Source: Phycisphaerales bacterium
GTDB lineage: Bacteria; Planctomycetota; Phycisphaerae; Phycisphaerales; UBA1924
NCBI GenBank assembly: GCA_965227775.1
Contig: OZ245777.1
Location: 576,001 to 640,000 of the forward strand
DNA: 64,000 nt
Direction of reading: 5' to 3'
The notes under the pieces were generated by a model that saw only the letters and a list, made by a program, of their open reading frames with translations, was not told the DNA's origin and did no database searches. Positions 1-9,184 of this stretch are shown here, piece after piece. The first letter of the stretch is position 1. Every line of letters begins with the position of its first letter. Made by a program: the position numbers and the translations under genes.

Positions 1-223
1 TGAGCGGATCGGGGCCCGAGCCGACGCTGACCTCGCCCAGCTTGATGAAGCGGCTGATGCCCAGGATGTTGAGCATGGCCAGCGATGCGAGAAACAACCC
101 GGCGAGCACCAGGAACACGCCCTCGCGCCGGCGGTAGAGCGTGGCCTCGTCGAGTTCGGCCAAGCCGTCGTAGGCGTGCTGCTGGCTGGGCAGCGTGGCG
201 CGGGTTTCGTCGGGCTTACCCAT
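1..223 (-). CDS. Queuosine precursor transporter (YhhQ/VUT family), N-terminal part; runs off the window
   Basis: Manual translation from ATG 223: MGKPDETRATL...RRREGVFLVLAGLFLASLAMLNILGISRFIKL, resembling the first TM helix of VUT/YhhQ proteins. Not in the ORF track because it is truncated. Confidence 0.65.
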   Translation of the reverse strand, partial: MGKPDETRATLPSQQHAYDGLAELDEATLYRRREGVFLVLAGLFLASLAMLNILGISRFIKLGEVSVGSGPDPL

Positions 224-310
224 GACTCGGGACGATAGCAAACACCGAATGGCCCGGAAGCGGGTCGTAGAGCGGGGCAGGCACAAACCCCATCCGCCTA
301 GCATCGCGGC

Positions 311-943
311 GTGAGCACCACTGCCAACCAAGCCCGAAACGCTGCCAAGGACGCCAAGGCCGCACCCGAGTTTGGGCCCGCCCCTGTGGGCCTGGCGGCC
401 GCGTTCGAGGCCATCTTGCTGGCAGCGGGCAGGGCCGTGCCCGCAGATGCGGCGTGGGAGGCTCTCTCTCTGCGAGAGGGTGCGGCTGAATTCGCAGGTG
501 ATGCCTCGGCAAAGGACACCATCGAGGCGCTCGCACAGCAGTTGAACGACGAGCTCGAAGCAGCCGGGCGGCCGGCGCGCGCCGAGCGGCTCGCGGGCGG
601 GTATCGCCTGATGGTGGCGCCCGAGTTTAGCGCCGTGGTCGCGACGTTTGACCGCAACCGCCAGAGCACCAAGCTCAGCCGGGCGAGCATCGAGACGCTC
701 TCGATCATCGCCTACCGCCAGCCGATCACGCGAGCCCAGATCGAGGCCATCCGCGGTGTGGCGTGCGGCGAGGTATTGCGGAGCCTGCTGGAGCGCAAGC
801 TGATCGTCATCAAGGGCCGGGCCGAAGAGGTCGGCCGGCCGATCCTGTACGGCACGACGCCGCAGTTCCTCGAGCTTTTTGGGCTCGCGAGTTTGAAAGA
901 CTTGCCCGGTGCCGCGGGAGCGATCAAGACGAACGAGTCATAG
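311..943 (+). CDS. scpB: SMC-Scp complex subunit ScpB
   Basis: LSRASIETLSIIAYRQPITRAQIEAIRGV and GRPILYGTTPQFLELFGL are ScpB signature segments. Confidence 0.95.
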   Translation: MSTTANQARNAAKDAKAAPEFGPAPVGLAAAFEAILLAAGRAVPADAAWEALSLREGAAEFAGDASAKDTIEALAQQLNDELEAAGRPARAERLAGGYRLMVAPEFSAVVATFDRNRQSTKLSRASIETLSIIAYRQPITRAQIEAIRGVACGEVLRSLLERKLIVIKGRAEEVGRPILYGTTPQFLELFGLASLKDLPGAAGAIKTNES

Positions 944-990
944 ACGGCGCGCACGGACGCGACGAACGCCCTCCACGAAGGAGACCGACC

Positions 991-1449
991 ATGACAACCC
1001 AAGCCCGCGTGCTCTTACTCAGCGTGGTGGCGTTGGCCGCCGTGATCTTGCCAGGCTGCCAGACCCCCAGGCTCGAGGGCGTGGTGATCCCCGGCCCGCT
1101 TGGCGTGGTGGCGGTGATCGATCGCGACGATACGAGGCTCGATCAAGTGGGTATTCCCGATGCGCGCGTTCGCGTGAGCCTGACGGGCAATGGGCGGATG
1201 CTGGTCAACACCACCACCGACGAGGAGGGCCGCTTCAGCGTGCCCACGAGTGGCGAGCAGATGGCGCGCGGCACCGTGCGCGTGATCGTGGAGGCCGAGG
1301 GCTACGCGCGCATCGACAAGACCGTGCCGCTGCGGAGCTTTGGCCGATCGCTCTACATCACGATGGTGCAGCGGTCGGGATCGGCGCGTTCTGAAGATGA
1401 CACCGCCGGAGCCGATGCCGGCGAAGATGACGCGGGGACGCCCGGCTGA
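991..1449 (+). CDS. Lipoprotein with a carboxypeptidase-regulatory-like beta-sandwich domain
   Basis: AAGGAG SD before ATG 991; lipobox ILPGC; TTTDEEGRF...VEAEGY pattern. Confidence 0.7.
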   Translation: MTTQARVLLLSVVALAAVILPGCQTPRLEGVVIPGPLGVVAVIDRDDTRLDQVGIPDARVRVSLTGNGRMLVNTTTDEEGRFSVPTSGEQMARGTVRVIVEAEGYARIDKTVPLRSFGRSLYITMVQRSGSARSEDDTAGADAGEDDAGTPG

Positions 1450-2585
1450 GCGCCAAGCGGACCAAGCCAGCCCGACCGACCCGGCGCTACCACCTGCACC
1501 TGCCGGGCGTGGCGTACGTCATCGTGACCGCCTTCGTGCTGCTCGGGGCGATCAACAGCCAAAACAACTTGCTCTTCTGGGCGCTGGGGCTCGCGATCGG
1601 CGGGCTGTTGGCGTCGGGCTTTGTGAGCGGGGCATCCCTGCTGGGCGTTGCCGTCGAGCGAGAGGTCGTGCCCGAGGCGCAGGTCGGGCGGCCGTTCCAG
1701 ATCCGCTACCGGGTGAGGAACCGCAACCGGCTGATGCCGGCGTACGCGCTGCTCGTCGAAGAGCTGCCGCCCAAGGGCGTGGCGCGCAAGGACGGGGTGC
1801 TGGTCGGCAAGCCTGTGGCGAGCATCGGGCGCGTGCCGCCCAGGCGTGTCGTTCGGTGCGAGACCAGCGCGCTTGTCGAGCGGCGCGGGCCTTTCGAGCT
1901 CTCCCGTGTTCGGGTGAGCACGACGTTCCCTTTCGGTGTGGCGCGCAAGAGTGTGACCTTCGACCTGACCCAGCCCGCGCTCGCGACGCCCGCCGTGCAC
2001 CGCTTGCGCAGCGATGTGGTCGAGACGATCCTGCAGCCCACGCACGACGGGACGGAAGCGATCGCCAGCCCGGGAGCAGGCGAGGACTTCTTCGGTGTGC
2101 GGGAGTATCGCGTGGGCGATCGCGTTCGCGACGTAAGCTGGCGCCTCTCTGCACGCAGCGACACGCTCGTGGTCACCCAGCGTTCGGCCCGGGCGCCGAG
2201 GCACCTCGTGCTGCACCTCGACCTCGATCCCGAACTCGCTAAGGCGCGCGACCCGCGAGCGGAACAACTGCTGAGCCTTGCCGCTTCGTTTGTTGTGGAA
2301 GCGGGCCGGCGAGCAATCTCTGTACGCCTGAGCATCCCGAGCGTTGGGCTGTCCAGCGGCGCCGTGACCACGCCGGCTGGCCGGGCGGGTTTGCTGCGGC
2401 GGCTTGGTACACACGGATTCTCAGGGGCTACCCCTCATGAGGGTCCGAAGCCGACGGCCCGATTTGGCGCCGTGGTGTTGACCCTGACGCGCGGGCCGAC
2501 GACTGGTGGGGTGCACACGCTGAGCGGCGAGGATCTGCCTCGCCTCAGAGCCGAACCTGACAAGGAACCGCACCGAAGCAGTTGA
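1446..2585 (+). CDS. DUF58 domain membrane protein
   Basis: N-terminal TM (GAINSQNNLL), TTFPFG and FFGVREYRVGDRVRDVSWRLSAR motifs. Start placed at CTG 1446 (CTGA overlap); alternative GTG 1509. Confidence 0.85.
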   Translation: MSAKRTKPARPTRRYHLHLPGVAYVIVTAFVLLGAINSQNNLLFWALGLAIGGLLASGFVSGASLLGVAVEREVVPEAQVGRPFQIRYRVRNRNRLMPAYALLVEELPPKGVARKDGVLVGKPVASIGRVPPRRVVRCETSALVERRGPFELSRVRVSTTFPFGVARKSVTFDLTQPALATPAVHRLRSDVVETILQPTHDGTEAIASPGAGEDFFGVREYRVGDRVRDVSWRLSARSDTLVVTQRSARAPRHLVLHLDLDPELAKARDPRAEQLLSLAASFVVEAGRRAISVRLSIPSVGLSSGAVTTPAGRAGLLRRLGTHGFSGATPHEGPKPTARFGAVVLTLTRGPTTGGVHTLSGEDLPRLRAEPDKEPHRSS

Positions 2586-2613
2586 GTACGCCGAACCCGC
2601 ACCGAGCCCTTGC

Positions 2614-4812
2614 ATGACCCTTGAACGATCCCTGCGACTGGCGCTGATCTGGACGGCGCTGCTGGCCATCGCGATCTATGCGATTGCGGCGGAGTCGCTG
2701 ATGGTCGCGATCCTGGGGATGCCCAGCGCGTGGCTGTGCTGGTGGGCGGCCAATCAGCCATGGGGCCCGCGGGTGCCGCGGATGCTCATCAACGCGGTGC
2801 TGCTCATCGTGGTGGCGCTGGGGCTTGGGCTCGCGTCGCTTGACGGCCAGTTCAATGTCGAGCGCATCGCCGAGATGCTGGCCTCGCTGCTGGTGATCAA
2901 GCTGTTCGATCGGCGGACGGCCCGTGATGCTGCCGAAGTGCTGGCGCTGTCGGTGTTCCTCGTCTTTGGCGCCATCCTTACGAGCCTGAAGCTGAGCGTG
3001 GGCGTGACGTTGCTGGTATTCTGCCCGCTGCTTGTGTGGGCGGCGCTGGTGCAGCAGGTGGTAGCGACCGACGAGCGGGTCGCGTCGTACCAGGAGTCGA
3101 TCGGCGTCACACGGCGGCGTTTGCGCCAGGGCGGGGCGATGTCGCGCGGTTTGCGCCGGATGACCGGGCTGCTGACGATCTCCGCTTCGCTGATCGCGGC
3201 GGCGGTGTTCGTGCTGGTGCCGCGCGGGCTGGCGCCCAGCTTTTTGGGTGACTTTGGCAGCGAGGGCGGCTCGGTCACCGGATACACCGAGACGGTGGAG
3301 CTCGGTCGTGCCGGGTTAATCTCCGAGAGCCAGCAGAAGGTGCTCGACCTGCGCGTTACCGATCGCTCGGGTGGCAACATGGGTTCATCCGGGCGCACGT
3401 ATTACCTTCGCGGGGCGGTGCTCGATAGGTACGAGAACAGACGCTGGACGCGCGAGCGTCGGCGGCAGGACTTCGTCGAACTCGAGACCTCGCCGGAGCT
3501 CACAGTTGAGACGGGCATGACGCAGTCGCGCGCCGTGGTTCGGCAAGAGATCTCGCTCCGCGAGCCGCCGGCTCGTGGATCGGTGCTCTTCGCGATCCAG
3601 GAGCCGTTCCAGTGGGAGTTTGCCGAACCGCTGGAGTTCTTGCTGCACCGCGACCACGGGACGCTGCGGCTTGAAGACGCTGCCAGAGCGCAGAGCTATG
3701 TCGTGCTTTCGGGGTTGCCGGGCGTGCGCGTCGAGGGCAATCGGCCGCCCGTGGCCGTGGATCCAGATGATCTGGTAGATTTCGACAGCGACACCATCCG
3801 CGGTATCACGCAGGGCGTGCTACGAGAAGCCGGGCTCGTGGCCGATCGCGTGCCGCGTAGCCCGACGGAGATCGCCAGCGCGACAAGGGCGATCCGCGAC
3901 TACCTCGGTGGCTTCGAGTACACGCTCGACATCCTGCGCGCCGAAGGCGACCCGATCGAGTGGTTTCTCTCTGAGGACGGTCGGCGGGGGCATTGCGAGT
4001 ACTTCGCCTCGGCCATGGTCGCGATGTGTCGCACGGTGGGCATCAACGCCCGGCTCGTGACCGGTTACGTTGCGATGGAGTACAACGACGCCACGTCGCA
4101 GTACACCGTGCGCGAGAGCAACGCGCACGCGTGGGTAGAGGTCGAGCATGCCCCTGGGCAGTGGCGCCGCCACGACCCGACGCCGCCAGCGGATCTGGAG
4201 CGCGTGCACGCGCCGGACACGAGCCTCGCGTCGATGGCGCGGCGCTGGTTCGACGCATTGGAGTTCTTCTGGGTTGACTCGGTGGTGAGCTTTGATCGAG
4301 GCTCGCAGCGCCGCGTGCTGGGGTCGGACGAATCGAGGAGCGAGCCTCAGATTGCGGCGCTGGAGTCCATCGCGGAATTCGTGGACCGCGCACGGGCATC
4401 GGGCACGGCAGGCATCGTGCAGGCCGTGCTGGCCGGGGCGATGGCGTTTACGGGCGTGCTCGTGATCACCATCCTCGCGCAGTCGTTCTTCCGCAATCTC
4501 GGAATCGGCGGTGGACGCGGGCCGAGGGTGCGCATCTTGGGCGGCACGCGGGACGTGGGCGAGTACTTGCTTCGCGTGCTGGACAAGGCCGGGCACCCCA
4601 AGCCGGGCTGGAAGCCGCTGCTCGCGCACGTGGAGGGAATACCGACGAACGGCGAGGGTCGTGGCTTCTCGGACGTGGTGGATCGGCTTTATCAGGCCCG
4701 CTTCGGCGGGCGGCCGCTGAGCGCGCAGGAGGCCCAGGACCTACGGCGAGACATCGCCCTGGCCGTCGACCGGCTCAACGAGGCCAAGGACGGCGGGCCT
4801 GCCCCGGGCTGA
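2614..4812 (+). CDS. DUF3488/TgpA-type membrane-anchored transglutaminase-like protein
   Basis: Multi-TM N-terminus; GHCEYFASAM, HAWVEV and DPTP give the Cys-His-Asp triad motifs. Confidence 0.9.
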   Translation: MTLERSLRLALIWTALLAIAIYAIAAESLMVAILGMPSAWLCWWAANQPWGPRVPRMLINAVLLIVVALGLGLASLDGQFNVERIAEMLASLLVIKLFDRRTARDAAEVLALSVFLVFGAILTSLKLSVGVTLLVFCPLLVWAALVQQVVATDERVASYQESIGVTRRRLRQGGAMSRGLRRMTGLLTISASLIAAAVFVLVPRGLAPSFLGDFGSEGGSVTGYTETVELGRAGLISESQQKVLDLRVTDRSGGNMGSSGRTYYLRGAVLDRYENRRWTRERRRQDFVELETSPELTVETGMTQSRAVVRQEISLREPPARGSVLFAIQEPFQWEFAEPLEFLLHRDHGTLRLEDAARAQSYVVLSGLPGVRVEGNRPPVAVDPDDLVDFDSDTIRGITQGVLREAGLVADRVPRSPTEIASATRAIRDYLGGFEYTLDILRAEGDPIEWFLSEDGRRGHCEYFASAMVAMCRTVGINARLVTGYVAMEYNDATSQYTVRESNAHAWVEVEHAPGQWRRHDPTPPADLERVHAPDTSLASMARRWFDALEFFWVDSVVSFDRGSQRRVLGSDESRSEPQIAALESIAEFVDRARASGTAGIVQAVLAGAMAFTGVLVITILAQSFFRNLGIGGGRGPRVRILGGTRDVGEYLLRVLDKAGHPKPGWKPLLAHVEGIPTNGEGRGFSDVVDRLYQARFGGRPLSAQEAQDLRRDIALAVDRLNEAKDGGPAPG

Positions 4813-4879
4813 AGTCGCGCTCGGATTCGCTCGATATGGGTCGTGGTGGCCGAATGCCGGCCGAAGCCGGAGACCCAGC

Positions 4880-5731
4880 ATGAATACCAACCGATCCCGC
4901 ACTGAGCGTTGGCGCGACTGCCTGTGCCAGATCCGCGACCGTGGTGGCTCGCTTGAGGTGAGCGTCGACGTGGGCGACTCGTCGGCCATGGGCATGGCCA
5001 ACCTCGTGTGGCGTGTTCGGTTGATGGCCATCGATGACGAGCGGCTCGTGCTCGAGCAACCCGTGGCGCTTGGCCAGACCATGCGGCTGGAACCCGGGCT
5101 TGGCTTGATCGTCGCGATGTCGATCGGGCAGAACCGCTGGATGTTCCGCACGCGGTCGATCGAACCCTCTGCCGGTGACATGCGCGGGCTGCTGCACATC
5201 GCGGCGCCCACGCTGGTGGAGCGTTGCCAGCGGCGGAACTTCTTCCGCGCGACCACGGCAGGGTTCAACCTGCCACTGGTGCAGGGCTGGCGGTTGGTCG
5301 ACGCCGAGACGGCGGTGGCGGCCGAAGTCGCCAGCCGCATCCCGTTCGAGGATGACTCGCCAGTGGGATCGAAGACCGGCGGGCTGGAGGCACCGATCGC
5401 GTTGATGCCCGAGGTAGCCGGCGCGTTCCAGGGACAGTTGGTGAACGTTGGTGGCGGAGGCGCGGGTCTGATCGTGCCGCCGGCGTCGCGGCCGGGGTTC
5501 GATTCCAGCGGCCGCTACTGGCTGCGGCTCGCGCTGGGCAACGACATGCCCGGACCGCTCGCCGTGACGGCCCGGTGCGTGCACCAGCACCTGGACAGCT
5601 CGCAGAACCTGCACCTGGGCTTTGCGTTCGATTTCTCGCTGCACGCCGAGCACCGCGACTTCATCGTTCGGCAGATTACAGGGTACGTCGAGCGTGTCAC
5701 GGGCATGCAGCGTGCCCGGCAGGCTGGCTAG
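4880..5731 (+). CDS. PilZ/YcgR-like c-di-GMP receptor
   Basis: QRRNFFR (RxxxR) and NVGGGG (D/NxSxxG-like) motifs, C-terminal LGFAF. Confidence 0.75.
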   Translation: MNTNRSRTERWRDCLCQIRDRGGSLEVSVDVGDSSAMGMANLVWRVRLMAIDDERLVLEQPVALGQTMRLEPGLGLIVAMSIGQNRWMFRTRSIEPSAGDMRGLLHIAAPTLVERCQRRNFFRATTAGFNLPLVQGWRLVDAETAVAAEVASRIPFEDDSPVGSKTGGLEAPIALMPEVAGAFQGQLVNVGGGGAGLIVPPASRPGFDSSGRYWLRLALGNDMPGPLAVTARCVHQHLDSSQNLHLGFAFDFSLHAEHRDFIVRQITGYVERVTGMQRARQAG

Positions 5732-5810
5732 ACCGGCTTTCTTAGAATCGTTCTCAATGCAATGGCAGGGTGATGACTACGTAAAGATCGCAACCACGCG
5801 ATCAGGTTTC

Positions 5811-5819
5811 TGCTATAGT
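5811..5819 (+). promoter_or_regulatory. Extended -10 promoter (TG-C-TATAGT)
   Basis: TGCTATAGT about 7 nt upstream of the long stem starting at 5826. Confidence 0.55.
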
Positions 5820-5825
5820 CGTGAG

Positions 5826-6017
5826 GCCGGGGGAACCCTCGGCTGACGCTCGACCGACTCGGCTCGAACATCACCCTGATCCCTCGCGGGGATCCACGAA
5901 TGTTGCTCCCCGCGTTCACGGCCGCCGATGCATCGGTGGCGACAAGCAGGCCAGAAGACGCAACGCCGCAAGTCCGGCGGTTGCGTCATAGGGCGATAGT
6001 TCGAGGTTCTCCGTGGC
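5826..6017 (+). ncRNA. Structured RNA upstream of rny, candidate 6S RNA
   Basis: 5826-5851 pairs with 5991-6017; internal hairpins at 5878-5894, 5921-5940 and 5957-5987. Length about 190 nt; ssrS-rny synteny is known in several phyla. Confidence 0.45.
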
Positions 6018-6060
6018 GGTTCGGGCGTGCGATGCACGCGTGACCCGTTGAGCCGCCTCG

Positions 6061-7623
6061 ATGCCCGAACTCGTTCCCATCTTGATCGGACTCGGAGGCG
6101 TCGTGCTCGGCGTGCTGCTGGGCGCGTTCGCGCATGGGCGGCTGATTGCCCGCACGCTAACGCAGGCGCGCGACGAGGCGAGTTCGATCATCGAGCGCGC
6201 GCAGACCGAGGCCGAGGCGATCCTGAGCAAGGCTGAGGCCGACGCCGAGAAGCGAGTTCACCAGCGGCTTCGCGAGGTCGACGAGGAACTCGACACCGAG
6301 CGGAAGCGGCTGCGGCAGGAAGACAAGGACCTCTCCAAGCGCGAGTCCTCGCTGGACAAGGCCGAGTCTCGCCTTGCGGAACGCGAAAAGCAAGCCGACA
6401 AGCGCGACCGGGAGTTGCACGATCGCGACTCTAAGCTGGAAGAGCGGGCGAGCGAGTTGGAAACGCTGATCGAGCGTCAGACCCGCGCCCTGGCCGAAGT
6501 CGCGGGCATGACACCGGAGGAGGCCCGCGAGGCGTACATCGATCGTGTCTCGGAGGATTCTCGGCACGAGGCGGCGGCGGTCGCCCGCAAGATCACCGAA
6601 GAGGCCGAGAGCCAGGCCCGCGAACGGTCAACGGAGATCTTGCTGCAGGCGGCCCAGCGATACGCGGGCGAGTTCGCTACCGAGCACCTGGTGCGGTCGG
6701 TTGCCATCCCCAACGACCAGATGAAGGGGCGGATCATCGGCCGCGAGGGCCGGAACATCCGTGCCATCGAGAAGATGACCGGCGTGGACATCATCGTGGA
6801 CGACACGCCCGGTGTGATCACCGTTTCGTGCTTCGACAAGGTGCGTCAGGCGATCGCTGTGGAGGCGCTCGAACGGCTGATATCCGACGGTCGAATGCAC
6901 CCGACGCGCATCGAGGAGACCGTCGAGAAGGTCCGGGCCGAATTCGACGAGCGTATCCGCAAGCACGGCAAGGACGCGCAAATGGAGGTCAAGATCGGCG
7001 GGCTGCACGCCAAGGTCATCGAGGCCATGGGCAAGCTGCACTACCGAACGAGCTACGGGCAGAACGTGCTTGCCCATTCCATCGAGGTGGCGACCTTCAG
7101 CCAGATCATCGCCGACCAGCTCGGTCTCAACGGCAAGCTCGCGCGGCGGTGCGGCTTCCTGCACGACATCGGCAAGGCGATGGACCACGAGATGGAGGGC
7201 GGGCACCCAAAGATCGGTATGGACTTCGCCAAGCGGTACGGCGAGAAGGAGCCCGTACTGAATGCCATCGGCGGGCACCACGGGGATATTCCATCGACGA
7301 GCTTCTACACGCCCATCGTGATGGCAGCCGATGCCCTGAGCGGTGCTCGCCCTGGCGCGCGGCGTGAATCGATGGAGCTCTACATCCAGCGATTGAACGA
7401 CTTGCAGGACATCGCGCTCTCGCACAAGGGCGTGACCGAGGCGTACGCCGTGCAAGCAGGCCGCGAGGTTCGTGTAATGGTCGACGCCAAGAGCGTGAGT
7501 GATGACGAGGCGCACTACGTCGCCACGCAGATCGCCAAGCGAGTGGCCGATGAGATGACGTTCCCCGGTGAGATCCGGGTGACGGTGCTGCGTGAGACCC
7601 GCGCAGTGGAGATTGCGCGATAG
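6061..7623 (+). CDS. rny: Ribonuclease Y
   Basis: N-terminal TM, coiled coil, KH domain (KGRIIGREGRNIR), HD domain (LHDIGKA), AVQAGREVRV. Confidence 0.98.
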   Translation: MPELVPILIGLGGVVLGVLLGAFAHGRLIARTLTQARDEASSIIERAQTEAEAILSKAEADAEKRVHQRLREVDEELDTERKRLRQEDKDLSKRESSLDKAESRLAEREKQADKRDRELHDRDSKLEERASELETLIERQTRALAEVAGMTPEEAREAYIDRVSEDSRHEAAAVARKITEEAESQARERSTEILLQAAQRYAGEFATEHLVRSVAIPNDQMKGRIIGREGRNIRAIEKMTGVDIIVDDTPGVITVSCFDKVRQAIAVEALERLISDGRMHPTRIEETVEKVRAEFDERIRKHGKDAQMEVKIGGLHAKVIEAMGKLHYRTSYGQNVLAHSIEVATFSQIIADQLGLNGKLARRCGFLHDIGKAMDHEMEGGHPKIGMDFAKRYGEKEPVLNAIGGHHGDIPSTSFYTPIVMAADALSGARPGARRESMELYIQRLNDLQDIALSHKGVTEAYAVQAGREVRVMVDAKSVSDDEAHYVATQIAKRVADEMTFPGEIRVTVLRETRAVEIAR

Positions 7624-7636
7624 GGGAGGGCGTCTG

Positions 7637-8545
7637 GTGCAATGGTGGTTGGCCGCACTGCTGTTTCTTGCACTTGCATGCCACGCCGCACCCGCCCAGC
7701 ACGACGTTGCGACACTCGTGGATCAGCTTCGCCATGACGAGCAGGACATGAACGCCGTCCGCGCAGTGAAAGCGCTCGGGTCGCTCGAGTCGCCGCCTCT
7801 CAGAGAACTCCACGCTGCGCTCGACTCATCGGATTGGCAGCAACGCCAGCTCGCGGCGGGTCTTCTGTGGGACTTTCTGCACCCGAGATCGTGGCATTGG
7901 AGCGAGTTGCCAGAATGGCGCAGAGAACCCCAGGGCGACGTGACGACGCGCCTCATCGAAGTGACGATCGAGGGCTTTCGAGATGACAACCTGCCGTTGG
8001 ACCGACGGCGGTCGCGCTACATGTTCGCGTTCAACGCGGCCGAAGGATTCCGGCATCTTCGTCATCACGCCAAGCAAGCCGAGACGCAGCTCGTTGCTGG
8101 GCTATCAAGCGATGACTACCAGCAGCGGTTCTTGTGCGCACTCGTGCTCGGGTTCGGGGGTGTATCGAGCCAGGCCGAGCCGGTTGCTCGCATCCTGCTG
8201 CCGCACCTGCGCGACAACGACATTCCTGAAGATGCCAAGTGGTGCACGGCGGCATTGCTTCGGCTGGGTGAGCGCGTAATGCCGCTGCTGGAGTCTGCCC
8301 TGCCGAACGCTGATCAGCAGCAGGGCGATCTCATCGAGTTGCTGCTGCTCGATCTGAAGCAACCACCACGCACCGATGAAGAGTTGGTATCGCGCAAGAA
8401 GTACAACAGCGTCGCTGGTTCGGTGTTTGATTCGGCGATCCAGGGCCCGATCGATCCGAACATGGGGTGGCTGCACAAGTTGCGCGATCCGACCCTCGAT
8501 CGGCAAGCCTCGCCCGTCGCCCCGTCGGAAGGAGATCAACCCTGA
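7637..8545 (+). CDS. Secreted HEAT/ARM-repeat-like hypothetical protein
   Basis: GGGGAGGG SD before GTG 7637; signal peptide; repeats LDSSDWQQRQLAA and LSSDDYQQRFLCA. Confidence 0.65.
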   Translation: MQWWLAALLFLALACHAAPAQHDVATLVDQLRHDEQDMNAVRAVKALGSLESPPLRELHAALDSSDWQQRQLAAGLLWDFLHPRSWHWSELPEWRREPQGDVTTRLIEVTIEGFRDDNLPLDRRRSRYMFAFNAAEGFRHLRHHAKQAETQLVAGLSSDDYQQRFLCALVLGFGGVSSQAEPVARILLPHLRDNDIPEDAKWCTAALLRLGERVMPLLESALPNADQQQGDLIELLLLDLKQPPRTDEELVSRKKYNSVAGSVFDSAIQGPIDPNMGWLHKLRDPTLDRQASPVAPSEGDQP

Positions 8546-9063
8546 CTACCAAACCCATCGAGCTTTCGGATCTGAAGGCCGACACGATTGCGGTCCTTTT
8601 GGCGCACTGTCGATCGGCCGATAGCGACCTCCTGGTTGTCATGCGCGATCTCACGCCCGAGCAACTCGATCGCTCGTTCGAGATGGGCCCCGGGTCGATC
8701 CGCGCTACCCTCGAGCACAACCTCGGGGCGTTGCGAGGGTGGGCCGATGTGTACGCGAATCGAACTCGACGTCCATGGCTGCCGGACGAGGGGCCGTACA
8801 CGATTGCGCAGCTCGAGGCGATCACGACCGAGCTACACGACGACTGGGCCGAGATCGCCGACAAGTTCCCGCTCGGCGAGGTCATCGAGCGGCCGCGTGG
8901 CGACTCGGTGCGGCGGTTCACACGGGCTCACATCCTGGTGCACGTCACCACCCACAGCATGCACCACCGAGCCCAGATCATCAACATGATGCGGCATGTG
9001 GGTGTAGAGACGTTGCCAACCGGCAGCGTCATGAGCTGGGTCGACACCGAGATCTTCCCGTAG
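8542..9063 (+). CDS. DinB family protein
   Basis: SIRATLEHNL and HVTTHSMHHRAQI histidine triad. CTG start at 8542 lies 7 nt after AAGGAG. Confidence 0.88.
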   Translation: MTTKPIELSDLKADTIAVLLAHCRSADSDLLVVMRDLTPEQLDRSFEMGPGSIRATLEHNLGALRGWADVYANRTRRPWLPDEGPYTIAQLEAITTELHDDWAEIADKFPLGEVIERPRGDSVRRFTRAHILVHVTTHSMHHRAQIINMMRHVGVETLPTGSVMSWVDTEIFP

Positions 9064-9098
9064 TCCGGCCCCGGCGGCGCGGCCACCTACCATCCAAC

Positions 9099-9182
9099 TC
9101 GCTCGGGGCGTCCGCACGTGTTTGTGCGGGCTGAGAGGTACCCGCACCACCTGATCCGGATCATGCCGGCGGAGGGAACGCG
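9099..9182 (+). promoter_or_regulatory. TPP riboswitch (THI element)
   Basis: GGGG...GCTGAGA...ACCCG...ACCTGATCCGGATCATGCCGGCGGAGGGA consensus directly upstream of thiC. Confidence 0.95.
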
Positions 9183-9184
9183 TT

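Noticed and set aside
224..310. preQ1 riboswitch upstream of the queuosine precursor transporter
   Set aside because: No consensus or A-rich tail; the short divergent spacer looks like two leaderless promoters.
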